Positions 11,122 through 24,960 of a stretch of DNA of 64,000 nt are shown here, piece after piece. The stretch is from Bigelowiella natans CCMP2755 (Eukaryota > Protista > Cercozoa), in the NCBI GenBank assembly GCA_000320545.1, contig ADNK01000021.1, positions 30,179-94,178 of the forward strand, written 5' to 3'. The translations under genes and the position numbers were made by a program. Positions within the stretch are counted from its first letter, which is position 1. Each line of letters starts with the position of its first letter. The notes below the pieces were generated by a model. It worked only from the letters and a program-made list of their open reading frames with translations. It made no database searches and was not told the origin of the DNA.

Positions 11122-13054
11122 ATGTGGTTGTTCGAAGATAATCGTTCTGAATCACAGCGAGGTTTTTCTCCTGCAGAATCCGTTAAACTATGCCTGTGCG
11201 ACATCAAATTTAAAGGGACGCCCTTTCAATATATGTTCCATTTAGCCCGTTGTGAAAGCTTTATGTACAAATACAGACCAATTTCTTCAGAATTCGAAGG
11301 TGAGGTGAAGTACGTGAGCAGAAACCGGAATGTCCGTTACCTTCGCTCAATTGCCAAAAGTGAATGCATGGCATTTCAGATCTGTGACATAATTCTTTTT
11401 TTACAGATGTTGTCGTAGATCTAATTACGAACTCCGCCTAACCAGGTACAAGAGGTAATCGAATAATTCTTATCTTAAAAGCTTGATGAAGAGGCCACAA
11501 TTTTCCACTGTAGGCCTAGATCCATGCTGTTTTGTATTTTTCAGATGGACCAAAATTTAGGGTAGTTTTGGCTACCCCTATCAAAAGATTTGAATGACTT
11601 GCAAAATTTTCCTCATTTGTCAGAACACATATAATTATGAAAATATCAGCACAACTTGTAGCATTGGACAACACTCATCAACCCCTTTTCTGGAACAAAT
11701 TGCGGGATCCATATCTTATGGCATTAATTATTCATGTTTTCCCTGAATTTCCATGTAGATTTCCTTAACAGTTCGATGCAAACTAATTCTGGAACGAGTT
11801 CATAGTCCAGATTCAGAGACAAAGTCTCAGACCCTACTATGTCGCGTTAAAGAATCAGTGTCTAAAGTTACTGAGAGACTACAAATTATACTTGTCGTAT
11901 TTCAATAAGATCCTATGCGTCTTCAGCCTCGTGTTGATGCGTCGATCTCGTGGAAATAGCGACGGCATATCCGTTTCCAAGAATCTGATTAGTCTGAACT
12001 CGTTTTCACTTTACACTGCGACATAACTTATCGTATGTCGTACTAGGAAATTGTTGAACGTTGGTACAAGGACTTTTGGTGTCGCAGTTCGATAAGTTAC
12101 ACAAAGTGCCGACGATCTCTTCGGAATTCCCCCCAATAATTAAAACATCTGTGGAGGAGCAACCACAAGGGGTCTTGCAACTCCGTTGTTCTGAGTTGAA
12201 AAAAAAGTCGACAAATGCTGGCATCTCTGCGCCAGGCCCTCCCTTCCCTTCCGATTCGTTCCTCGAAAGGCGATGTGGAGGCCAAAGAAGAGGTAAGAGA
12301 TAATGATGTATGTGGATAAATGTGAACATCTCTTATGGACTAAGGAATCTGTCGTCATCGTTGTCTTCGATAGGATCTTGTTCCGGAGGAGTTTGTTCAG
12401 CGTGTATTAAAGCGAAAGGTTGTTATATTAATCCACTCCTCTAAACATATAATGACAAATCGCACTTCAGAACGAATTGAATGAGCATTTGCGGAAGAAT
12501 GACGCTGCGTTGAGGGTGCACATCGAAGATCGTAAAAAGGTCATGTGAATCCCCATCACAGAGTTGATCCCCTGGCATTTATTGCGTGTTGACTTTATTT
12601 TCTTTTCCACCAGTGGGTATCTATCTTGGAGAAGCATGGCTGCTCTGTCTTGTCTCTAAAGAACAAAGTCAATACACACTGCGAGTTCTTGACGGTAGGC
12701 TCAATTTAGTGCCATATGTCGATGCTATTCAGGATTTCTTTTGGGTCTATGTTTTTTTTAGTCCTTAATTGTTGTTTGGTGTTCATTCGTATCCCAGGTC
12801 ATAGAATACCCGTGGAGTCCTCATGAAGTTTTCAGCTTTATTCGCACATTTGAGCATAGAACGACCTGGTAATATTTACTGATGGCTTCCCTCTTTCCTC
12901 TACCTCTATTCATGATATTTTACTGAGGTACAATTAACTAATTACCATTTATTCAGGGATAAGAACGTGTCCAAGCACATTAGAGTCGCAGAAATTTGCA
13001 TTGACAAAGATACTGATCTTGGTAATAAGCGATAGCATTCTCTCAAATAAGAAA

Positions 13055-13090
<36 letters not shown>

Positions 13091-13104
13091 ATGTGTATGA
13101 GAGA

Positions 13105-13143
<39 letters not shown>

Positions 13144-13368
13144 CTATCTGATTTGTTGTATTGAAGGGTCGGATCTAACATACACAAGAACAAAGCCTAT
13201 TGCTCGCGGAGTTATCAGCGCACGATCGTAAGCCCAATTTGTCCAATGGCAGAGTCTTCAAAGTAATTTTGATCGGCTTTGTACCTATTTACAGGTATTT
13301 AAACCTAAGGAAAGGCTACCTTGATGACAGCACAGGGTTAATAATTAAACCCCGTATTCAATATCCCA

Positions 13369-13414
<46 letters not shown>

Positions 13415-14600
13415 TATTTACATAAATAATATTTTTTGTGTATAATATACATATACTTACTTTTATTTGTATATGTTCACAAACTCACACACACATATGC
13501 ACATAAGTTTCCCCTTAAATCCCTTACATCCACACACCAGTTTCTTCGCGGTTCAACCTGATTGTGTAATGGATGGAATGTTATTTAACGTGTCGACTAC
13601 AGGACCTTTGTAGAGAGCGCTGTGAGCGTTGAAGAATTGTTTGATGGAGTAATGAATTAGCACAATACACACTATTCTCAACTTTCACAACAATAAAATT
13701 GTTGTTCAATATGATTGCTCATCATTGCTATTATAAATCTGACAATTTTTTTTTCCCTGTACATAGTGTCCAGAACGCGTCGACAATACACAGGCGGCAA
13801 CAATGTTCTTCGGCTCGGGAGGACTATTCGAACCGATTAATGGGTAATTGCACCAATATATTTACAGGGGAGTGTGCACCAAAGCAAAATTGTGTGGATT
13901 GTGCGGACGATTGGAAGTCGAGATAGGATTTTGGGGAGTAAACAGCAACAACTGCATTAATCGCGATATTCAAGGCTTTCAAACTTAAAAATATTCGCAG
14001 GGGTAAGGGTTGCCGGATATCATACCTAACGCTCACCGATCCTCGAGGCTGGTTACCTCATAAAGTTGTGAATAAGGTGTAAACACAAATTTGTGCACGC
14101 GCGAGCACACACACATAGACATTTACAATACATTCAAATTTAAATTACTCACTCACTCACTCACTCACTCACTCACACCCATGCCCGCCCAGGCTACAAA
14201 GATGTTTTTTTCAATTTACGTAATATTCTTCACATGATTTCATGTAAGTAATCTTATATATACTGTACCCCTTTTCCTTGTGCATTGAACGTATTCTTAT
14301 CACCCACCCCAGGTCATGCCTAACGAGCTAGCGCGCTATTTCAAGCTTATCAGGGACACTATAGCTTCGAAAAAGGTCAACACTATGATTTAAAGCTTAT
14401 TTTTGTCTACGGTAAAAGGAAGACGCCTGCCAAGCATTTGAAATAACATCAATGTATTCAAGAAAAGAGAAATTTTGTGCCGACATTATGCAAAAAATAA
14501 ACTTTATGAACTGTTTACTCAGTATCCATTCCAAATGATTCCGATCAAGTATGAGGTCGGAGAGGAAACTCGGAAGGAAAAACAGGACGACAAAATATAA
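11122..14600 (+). CDS. START (lipid-binding) domain protein with uncharacterised N-terminal region; both ends tentative (stop at 14393 if unspliced, 14600 via last intron)
   Basis: Exons VIEYPWSPHEVFSFIRTFEHRTTWDKNV, DLTYTRTKPIARGVISAR, GCRISYLTLTDPRGWLPHKVVNK, VMPNELARYFKLIRD match the START motifs (R.xWD, ISARDF, DPxGWLP). Confidence 0.75.
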
Positions 14601-15742
14601 ACAGCGCTAAGGCCAAAAAGTAGTGCCAAGTAACTTTGCGCCCCAGGGAAGAATGAATCTATTCATCCATAGCACGAAAGATACTCTCACTAACGTAACT
14701 GAATGTCAAACCTGTGGAATTGGTGACTAAAGAATTGTGATAAAGATTCAAACTACAGTAGCAACAAGCAAGCTTCTCGGCTCCTTCTTGCCTGATGTAA
14801 TGTTAACCAGTAGCCATGTTAACTGTTATCATTATAGATAGGAATGGTCAATTGCAGGTTGTAGCGAGAATGAAAAATCATTACAACAACTGCTATTCAA
14901 TGTAAATTTGAAGTTACACAAACAAACCATTGCGCATGATTAACAAACAAGTATTCACAAATTTACTCGCATTATATGAGTACTGGCGGCCATTAATGAG
15001 AGAAGGCATGTATTGACGTACATGCTGTCACGTTTCCATTTTTGTCTTGATGCGAATCATTATTGTACATTTAACTTCGCATTATTGCAGATGGATGCGA
15101 TGGTGGTGTTATAGTGTCTGCGTCGCTACATAGCATGCATGCATACGGGCGCCCGCATCTAGCCATATGCATGCTACTAACTAGGCCCACGCGTACTTGC
15201 TGCGCCAAATGTATAAATGGCTATTGGCGCATGTGTATCGTATGCAGAAATTCGAAGCGGTCTTCAAGCATTACTTGAATAACGCATATGTCGTTTTCAT
15301 TAACGTACGTACATAAGCAAAAACATGTAGCATATAAGCACACTGTGTAATGAATGGAATATACTATTTCCATGGTTTTTGACACATATGTGAACATACA
15401 TGCGGCTGCAATTACAACTATTATAAACGCATGCAACATGGCAGCGCTTGGCATGTATGCTTGAAAGAGCAACCCCTATGCTACCTACTGTTTATTGCAT
15501 CTAATAGTTACAATTTTAATGGATTTAGTGGGATGCATACATGTGAACAGCCGTTGAATGAGATATTGTAATAATTCAGGATAAATCATTTTAGTAAATT
15601 TGAACATTATACTGTATCATTGCGCAAATGCGAAAATGTAGAAGGATTCCATACTTTTGCATGGCTACGTACTCATTAAAATTACTGTTGTAGGAACATT
15701 AAGTGTGGCTCCTTACACTGATGGCAATGCAAGAGCTTTGTT

Positions 15743-16294
15743 CTAATCTTTTGTTCTTTTTTTCAGTGTGTTAGCTAGCCAGTCCATTCCATCCACTAGT
15801 CCCTGGCCAGAGGTAGCACATGCTCCTTGCACGTACCACTGACGATCTTGTAATTTATCCAGACCAAGTTCTTTCGCAAGCTGTTTTGTTGATAACGCCC
15901 TCGATAGATCTTGTTTATTAGCGTATACTAATACTGCGGCGTTCTTTAACTCATCTGTCTCGAGGGTTTTGTGCAGTTCTTCCCTCGCAGCATCCACCCT
16001 TTCGCGATCAGCGGAGTCGACGACGAAGATAATGCCGTCTGTGTTTTCATAGTAGTGCCGCCATAGCGGCCTGATCTTGTCCTGTCCGCCGATGTCCCAG
16101 ACTTGAAGATCGAGGTTTTTATGTTCGATTCTTTCCACGTTGAAGCCTATCGTTGGAACTGTGGTAATCACCTCTCCAAGCTTAAGGTTGTATAGTACAG
16201 TTGTCTTCCCTGCGGCATCCAGTCCGACCATCACGACGCGAACGGTCTGATTTCCGAAGAGGCTGTTCCAGAGTTGGCTAATAGAGGCTCCCAT
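15743..16294 (-). CDS. ARF: ADP-ribosylation factor (ARF1-like small GTPase), intronless
   Basis: MG myristoylation site, [36 protein letters not shown]; complete 183-aa ORF. Confidence 0.97.
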   Translation of the reverse strand: MGASISQLWNSLFGNQTVRVVMVGLDAAGKTTVLYNLKLGEVITTVPTIGFNVERIEHKNLDLQVWDIGGQDKIRPLWRHYYENTDGIIFVVDSADRERVDAAREELHKTLETDELKNAAVLVYANKQDLSRALSTKQLAKELGLDKLQDRQWYVQGACATSGQGLVDGMDWLANTLKKRTKD

Positions 16295-16882
16295 TGTTTT
16301 CTTTCTTCCTTCGAATGTGTGTAAACCCTTTTGAGTTGTGATGATGTGCCCTTCCCCTTCCGACGACGATCGAACGATTGGCTTCTTTCTGGCTTCCCAG
16401 GCGACAGCGTCTCCAGAGAAAGAACACAGGTGATTTTCGTGTTAATACGGCCGAATCGCTTTGTCGCATGTATTAAATATTCCTGCTCCTCTCGTGTATT
16501 TTTGGTCGTTTTCACCCGGTGATTAGCACAGACGCGATGTTGGTGCAGAATGACATCATTTGCGGTGCTCGATGGCGCGATTCCTGTAACTTTTACCTAA
16601 ACACGGCGAAGAAATCAGAAAATTCCGTGAACAGTTTCGCTGACGGGAATGAAATAGTGCCGAATTACACGTCATTTTTTAATAGCGACATGAAATATAA
16701 AAAAGAAATTGGGAAATCCTAAATCACTAATGCTTTCGCCATTTCGAATTTGAATTGCCAGAACCTCCACAGCGAGGGAGGAGGAGGAGGAGGAGCCCAG
16801 CCCATCTCCGGGTCTCAAAAAGTCCAGCTCGTCCCGGAGTTTTAACCGCCAAAGCGTGAACGCGTCTAAAATCCTACATATT

Positions 16883-17540
16883 ATGGTTCGGATTACTGCT
16901 CTGATCTTCATCATATGCTCTCCATTCGCAGCTGAGACTCTAGAAAAGGATTTCGCGCGCTTCGATGTTGTTGATTTAGCTAGTCCGCCGGCGCCACGGA
17001 TACAGCTTCTGTCGATTCGGTACCGACTTACGGGGTTTCAATGCACAGGAAAGGAACTAAGGCTGTATTGCAACAACCAGACTTATCCACTAGAACAACC
17101 CCGATTTGTAGATCTCGCGGCAAATCGATCGATTGATCAGTCAAGAGAAAGCTTCGCTCTCGCAGTGATATCAGCAATGGAATCGGGAATTTCCAATGGC
17201 ACCTGCTTCTCTGCATACAAGATATCACCCTTAGATCGATCCGTATTGTTGAAATCAAAGTGCAATTTGGAGGTTCTGCATCGTGCTCCTAGCCCGGGTG
17301 TTACGTCGCTGCTATTGCATAGAGATCACCACGCATTCGAAAGTAGAGAACGAATAAAAGTTGAGGACTCAGGTAAAAGAAAGCGTCGTGCAAGTCTGAA
17401 AGATGAGCATTCGGATCCAAATTCGGCCTTTGCTGAAATTGCTGCGAAGATTGAAGCGAAACTTCAGTCCGGCGCGAGAACAGGGCAAATGTTTAGGTCT
17501 CATCTCATTTAGCATATGCTCTGCCTCTTTCCCCCCCTTC

Positions 17541-17594
<54 letters not shown>

Positions 17595-17680
17595 GTGTGT
17601 GTGTGTGTGTGCGCGCGCGCGCGCACAATTTACCTCCTTTCTAAATGAATATAGCATAGAAATACATACTGACTTGAATT

Positions 17681-17716
<36 letters not shown>

Positions 17717-18692
17717 CTCTGCTCAAAATAAACGTTGTCATCATCTTAGACAGGATTTGAAATTCATATTTTTATTTGTATGTTTGGAAACAGTATGTTG
17801 ACCGACGAAAGCTTGTCCACGGTTCCTGGGATTCTGATCCAGTTGTACATGAAGATGGTCTCCCCTCAGGTCACGAAGGATCTCGTGAAAAAGGGGGCGA
17901 AAGGACTCTGGGGATTTTTAAATATCGGAAAGTTTACAGATCACTGCATCTCTGCCTTCGACGCACAGATAACTTATTCTTTGATGAATGATGCTGCTGT
18001 CCACACGGCAAACGAAGCCCGTGTTATGTTGGAACCACAGCTAGGAGCTGCGCTGAACGCTACGCTGACCGATGCTTGGGTAGAAAATCTCGTCGGTCCT
18101 CTCACGAAGTCAGTCAGCAAGGCCCTTGCTGAGTCCAGTGAATCCATCCTCAAGACAGAACTCCTTCAACATGTCACGTCTCAAGTGACAGCTTCCTTCA
18201 CGAGAACCGTCACTCGCACTCTGGGTCATGTGCTTGGCCGAGCCCTCTCAAGGAATCCGATAGATGACTACTACTGCTATTACTGTCGGGTGTGTGCCTA
18301 CTACTTACTAGTTCTACTACTAGTAGTACTACTCATACTACTACTACTGCGTGTCGCTGCTCTTGTGGAGCAAATTATCAAAAAACTGATATCTAGCTTT
18401 CCCAATTGCTTTGCGTTTTTGTCTCTTATTACGCTCTGATGCGATGCCTGCCTGCTTTTTGTAGGAACACCAGATCTTCTGTGAAGCGTGTCAAAAAGGG
18501 GTGCAACATGGAGCAAACTACGATCAAGCATCAACTGTATACGCCAATTACTATGGAAACTATTATGGTTCGATGTACAGTTCAGGAGGATACGCTAAAT
18601 CATTCGTTAAGACTTATGAGGAGGGGGGAGAGAAAGCAGAGAAAGCTGGGTACTTGAAGAAACAGACTGGCTGCTTATATTGTAAAAAATAG
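16883..18692 (+). CDS. Uncharacterised secreted protein with Thr/Ser helical region and C-terminal Tyr/Cys-rich motif, 3 exons
   Basis: Signal peptide MVRITALIFIICSPFAA; long exons ~16883-17490, ~17794-18289 and 18466-18692; DDYYCYYCR/EHQIFCEAC...YANYYGNYYGSMYS. Confidence 0.75.
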
Positions 18693-19340
18693 CACATCTA
18701 GCGTCATCGTGACAGAAAATTTACTTATTAATTTAGCCCATTAACACGCATACTACTGCGCTTCGAATTTGCCAAAAAGATCATAGTACTTTGTATGGCC
18801 ACAAATTATACAGTGGTCCTGTTGTGGCGACTGATGATGTATAGATGGGTCATGCAAACAGAGAAAGCAATTATTGAATTTGTTGGCTGTACATGCTGTT
18901 CCACTCTCACCTAACTCTGCGCGATCCTCATCAGCATCTGATAGAGCATGCCGTGTTGCTCTGGTGTACTAGATAGATACTAAAGCGCAACAATATTAGG
19001 GCAAGCGCTATCATAACAGCCATATATAATAAGGCGCTACACTTGCCACTGTGACGGCAATGCATCTCCATCATCATGAGCATTTACTTTGTTGCGTGCT
19101 GACATGACTAGTAGTTGCTCGCACCTTCTAGTCCATACTTTATATTTTCACAAGCAGGCGGCGCGCGCCTCAAAATTTAATTTATTTAGTCGGCACAATC
19201 GTCTCTGCAGGCGATATTAGAAATTCAACATGGTCCTCCATACGCAACACTACGCACGTAGCTTTTGGCAGTTCAGCACTCAGTTGTTCGATCATCGCCT
19301 TATATAAAAGCTTTCTGCATGCCAGTAACTGGCTGCTCGC

Positions 19341-21425
19341 CTATATGTTCTTGCGGGTGTTCGACGTGCCTGCAGATCCCCAGTCAAAAGGCCTCCTTGA
19401 GTCTTGGTTTATTCCTCCCCGGATTTCAGCATTCGTGATGAACACGTCTGGCTGACACGTTGCCCACTGTAAGATGAAAGGTTAGCGGGGGAATTCTTAG
19501 CAGTAAATTACAATGCACTTGTTAGTCAATTGGTGATCATAAATATAGCATATATTATACATAAATACTTATATTTAAGAAACGTAGCAACCTTGTGGTT
19601 GTCGCGGATGTATAACCATTTCTCGGAGGCGAACCCGATCCACGGCGCAGCAGCGGGGTGGACACAGTACGCATACAACGAAGCAAACACCGCTCCCCGT
19701 CCCACATGCGATATCCACCGCATACTGCCACTCTTTCTGAGCGAGGACAGCAACGAAGGCTGCGGCTGCTTCATAGGTGGCCGCATTGCTCTCACCCTTC
19801 GTCGCAACATTCCTACACCTTGGAACAGCGCACAACCGGCCGCAGGAAGCGCAAAGTAGGAGTGTGCGGAGCTATCCGCCACATCGTCAGGTCTTACCAG
19901 GAAATCCACCGCACGATGCCGCATTTTGGTCATCACACCGGGAGAAGAAGAGGAGGATGTGGAGGGAGAGGAGGATGATGGAGGGTGGGGTGGCATGCAG
20001 TCCACGTCGGATTTGGCAGGATCCAGCGTCGCAGCGAACCTGGAGGAAGCGATAATAAGATAAATCCTCAGCAAAACAGGAGTCAAGATGGCATTTCCAG
20101 GCAGCACAAGACAAAAATTACAGCAAAATCCCTCGGGTAGTAATAATACTGATGAGAAGAAGAAGCAACACAGACAGTACGACACGAAACTGCACATACG
20201 ACAACTCACATATTTATTTACAAAAGAGCTTGTTTAAAAGGTCATGCTCCTCAAACTAAAAAACTGCAAAATAGTACAGATTTGACCATGTCATCTCAGC
20301 TAGTAGCCCAGCGTAGCTGATAACAGGCACAATTTTGCCGAGAAGAAGTCTGTACGCAAACAGTTGCGACGGCGATTCTAACGGCGGCCACAACATCAGT
20401 CTTGAGGCAAGAAACCACACGATTGATGGTTCTATCAACCATCTCAACGCTGCGGAGAAGGGAACTGTTGTTGGTGAGGATAAGGAGGCGCGCAACGAGG
20501 GACCATCATCAACGTTACTCTTGTTGTTGCTATTATCGTTACTCCTGCTGCTTCTACTGGTACATCCTTCTATCATACCTCCATTCTCCTCCAGCTCTCG
20601 TCTCTGCTGCCACATTGATTCCAAGTGGTTTTTAATGCCTTCAACATGCGCCAACCCAACGACTGCAACGACAGATGGCTGCCTTCCTACTTGTTTTAGC
20701 AGCAGCAGCAGCAGCAGAGTCAAGTGTGGGCGATGCTCGTTCTTACGTTGTTATCGTCGTTGTTGATACTCAGCATTCCATCACTATATTGAGGGATGTG
20801 GTGGACACCTAGAAGCAGAGAATGAGGAGGTAGCTATACCTTTGTTATTCATCGTCATCATCATGTGCTGCTGTTGGTGCATCTGCACGGGCAAGATCTC
20901 CTTCGCAACTTCCGCTGCAGCGTCATGAATAGCACTGGCCAGATACTTGTCGCGCTCTTCGTTGTAAGGGCGATTGACGTCATCAGGTGGGATTAGCCAA
21001 AGCGGAGGATTTCTATGGTCCAGGATCTCTTTAGCGTCCTGTTGGATGATGACAAGAAGAAGAAGAAGAATATGCTGTATCATTGTTTTGAAGATGATAG
21101 AGTGATGAAGATAATGATGATCACTGCGCAGAATAACGCCACAATGGTGATAGTGATGGTGGAGCTTTCGCGTTGATCATCACAAAAAACATATTCGCAT
21201 ACATAAACGTGCCTCCACAACTCGATTAAGAAAAATTATAACCATTGCCAGCTCGTCGGAGATAGTCAAATAACCGCACCTATAAAATGCATGAGAGGTC
21301 AACAAAACAACTGTTGTACGACCACGATGTAGATTATAAGCAAAGAGTATAAGAGGTTTTTTGGTGAAGTGAAGAGAGAAGAAATGGGTGGAATTACTGT
21401 TGAGAGTAAATATCCTCTATCTATA

Positions 21426-21470
<45 letters not shown>

Positions 21471-22377
21471 TAATGTAGAATATATACAACACTATATTTA
21501 AAAGAGGAAAAAGACAGAGAGAGAGGGGGATATTTCAATCATTCTAATTCGTACATGCGTTGACGTAGCTTCCATTTGCAGTAGGACATCCAACGATCGT
21601 AGGCTGCTTGAGGCAAGCCTTTCATTGGATCGAATTGCCGGCACAGCCACTCCGAGGGAGACTGACGCCAAAATGCAGCCCATATGCGCTGATTGGTGTA
21701 GCCCTCGTACCTAAAGTACATCATAAAAATCCAAAAACAAACATGGTGTGAGTTTGCAATAGTATCCTAATTGTGTTTGGTAACAGCGTGTGTTCGCGCG
21801 CGCGCGCGCGTGTGTCTGTGTGCGTTTGTGTGTTTCGGTCTGAGACAGCAACCTGTCGCCTAGTATGAAGGTGCAGCGATCTAGCACCCCTTCGGAACAC
21901 AAAGAGCGTGCTGCACAAAGAGCAGCCGCAAATTCATCGCCCTCTTCGATGAACTTTCCTTCCTCATCAGCTGAATTTCTTAGGCAAATATTCTCTGAAT
22001 AAAGCAAGAGAATTTCAGTCACCACAGTGGCGTACACATACTATTAGTGTTTACGTATATATCCTCTATCTCGTGGCCTTTACAGCACTATTTTTTGTTG
22101 ACATGACATGCGAACAAGCTGCCGAGTTCCATCTTCAATCGTACTTCTGAGGCAGCCAGCACGTTCCCAGCAGAGTTCCGCTACAATTGAAGATGGTTGG
22201 GTCAGATAGACCAGCCTCTCTACTTCCTGCACTGACTCCACAAATCCATGTACAACCCCAACAATGTACACCTGCACGCCAGAGAAAGAAGAAGATCATG
22301 ATGGTGGAGAATACGGAGATGGATGGTATCGATGATAATGGTGGTGGCAGTGGTGATTGTGGTGGTGACGGTGACGG

Positions 22378-22412
<35 letters not shown>

Positions 22413-22844
22413 ATGGTAGTGACGACATCAATTCATTCTATGTTTTAAAGTACATTCTACTACACATTCGTTCGAGCACAGGCTATCGGAAATATACCGT
22501 GGTGCGGGAGTCGGGGCTGTGAAGAACGTGCGTGTGCCTACAGGATTGTTTGATACGATGAATTTCCCCTCCTAACATAGGGGGGATGTTGCTTTGTAGA
22601 TTCGAGATTGGGTGCGCTCCTCCTTTGGCCCACCCCCCCCTCCTCGAAGATGCAGAAAGACTGATCGGCAGAGAATCCGCTATGACTACTCAGGCGACAA
22701 TCGCCGACATTTTATGCTTATGGCAGAATCCCCTATATTTATGGACTAATATCACGAATTGTCTTTGTCGCAGATGCAAAAGCTAATGAAGCTTCCTCGC
22801 TCTCACGCCTTGAAGCGTTGAAAGAGAGAAGGATTATAGGCCAT
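19341..22844 (-). CDS. TraB/PrgY/GumN family protein with membrane segments and long C-terminal extension; 5' start uncertain (22.6-22.85 kb)
   Basis: VYIVGVVHG, IVAELCWER, EGDEFAAAL, FILGDR, ERDKYLA, VVAVVGLAHVEGI are the TraB-domain motifs in order. Downstream exons continue to a TAG at 19341. Confidence 0.8.
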
Positions 22845-23420
22845 TATCTACGAAGTAATCGGGATAACCGGTTATTTATCCTGAAAACGGCGCTTCTTCG
22901 GGGTTAGTTATCTGGGTTATGAGGAACACCACTCCCAACACGGGAGGACGGAATGGGGCCTGTGCGCGCAGAGCAAGATCACCTATACCAGTCCAACAGA
23001 TTCTGGAGATGTTGAAGTCTACACACTATCCAATCTGGAAAACATCAAAATTGGGTGGTTACTAGTTCAAGATAGGACAAGATTCGAAGAAAAGGAAAAG
23101 AGGGAGCAATGTCATTTGTGACTGAACCATAATTTAACACAGTCGAGCTTTATTCGAATCCAGATGGGTTGTATGTGTAAATCTTGGTTGCGAGCACTCT
23201 ACGGTGTACAATGTGATCGAGGCGACATATAGATACATGTAGATGATAGCGCATTGGAACAGTTTATTCAGTGTTCGTTCGATGTCATGGCAGCTGCACG
23301 ATGCCTTTTAAAATGTGGTAAATGATGAAAATATGGCTTAGCTAGTGGCGGCTTTGCGATGGACACGTGTATCACATTGCACGTAGAGTGTGTCAAACGT
23401 GCATGGTGGCCTCGTGCAGT

Positions 23421-23522
23421 ACATATGAGACGGGTGTATAATGATGTGATTAAATCTTTTCAATGGTCATCCTAATGTCCAGTACATATGTCTACAATTA
23501 ATCATTACACCCATATCATATA
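23421..23522. repeat. Imperfect inverted repeat around a 32-bp core shared with 2894-2925 (MITE-like relic)
   Basis: tgattaaatcttttcaatggtcatcctaatgt occurs identically at 2894 and 23447. The arms atatgagacgggtgtataatgat / atcattacacccatatcatat are near-complementary. Confidence 0.7.
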
Positions 23523-23975
23523 TCTACATGCTAGTAACGCTAGCTGTGTGTTTGGGCACTTCTGTGTATACAACACATGTGTGTAGGCGTTGTGTGGTTA
23601 TGAGATCAATGTAGCAGAGAGATAACATCAGCCGTAAGATTCAAGCGACTATTAGACACTATCGTAGTATACAGTTTTTATTTTTTGGGGGATTGAATTC
23701 TATGACACGTTCTTCGCGTATGCAATATGTAATGCCTGGATGTTGGGGCTGACGCTATGCTGCATGTTGCATTTTTGGCGAGATCGAAGACCTTGCATGC
23801 TAGCCGCACATGTGGGTCTTGTCACATGGAGTCGTTGTGCATTTTTAGGTACATTAGCTGCACATCATGTGTGTGAGTTGAAATCGTATCTTGCACAATG
23901 ATCATCTGCGTTTAGAAATGTATCAGTGCGTTTAACTCCATGATTCTCTAAATTAGCTGCAAATGTAGTGCAAAC

Positions 23976-24593
23976 CTACACCTCTGTGTTTCCTTCTTTT
24001 GCAGTCTTCGAAGTGGGCTTCGTAGTATTTTCTTTTGTCTTTGTTTTCAATTCCTTCTCAGTTTCCTGATCAACCGAAAGCTCTTGAGTCTCGATTCTCT
24101 TTTCTTCCAAAGGTCCCTTTTCTTTTTTTTCAGTCTTCTTGACTAATTTTTTCACTTTAGCTATTTTTGATTTCCAATTCGGAACCATGCGACCAATCTT
24201 ATTTTTACCCGTAATCTTTGCCCCATTCTCGACTAATAATGCTGCAATTTCATATCTCTCTTTCGTGACAGCTGCATGAAGCGCGGTATTCCCATATTTA
24301 TCGCTTAAATTTGGGTCCGCATTTCCTTCGATCAACGCTTTAGCAATATCTGTAAACCCCCCCGCGCATGCATAGTATAGTGGCCGTTTTCCGTCCATTC
24401 CTGGAAGGTTTGGGTCAACTTTCACGGCCAATAAACCCATCACCATGTCGACATCTCCTTTGCTGGCAGCCTTTATGAGCATCATTGTTGTCGATGAACT
24501 GCGACGATGCATCTTAGGCTTTCGTCTCATGTTTGGTTCGACCCTAGAAAACAAATCAGTAACCAATCAGACATGCACGTACGTGCTACTCAT
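23976..24593 (-). CDS. Ankyrin-repeat protein with Lys/Glu/Thr-rich tail, 2 exons
   Basis: MSST | intron 24545-24582 | VEPNM... LIKAASKGDVDMV, RPLYYACAGGFTDIAKALIEGNADPN, GNTALHAAV: three ANK repeats. Confidence 0.88.
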
Positions 24594-24960
24594 TCGAATT
24601 CCCACTCTACCGAAAATCACATGTTAGTGGTCTTTCGTGCGGCCGCAAAGAGAGTCGATTCGTCAAAATTGTACACGAAGCAAGAGAACATGTTAATCCT
24701 TATGGCTGCAGAATGGAGATGTGACATGTCCATGCACCTTGTGAAATGGAAGTAATCTGTTGCTAATTGGATTTGCTTGGGGGGCCTCCTTGCAAGATAA
24801 GATTTGTTGTTCGTAGGATTACGATACGAGAAAACGTCCTGGATTTCTTTTTTGCGACAAGACCAAACTCGATGATGAAAGCCGGTTTCCTTCATCTTCA
24901 GGACGCTGGGAGTGGCACATTTGTTCCCGGAAAAAAGGGCATTTTACTGTGAAATGTGTA

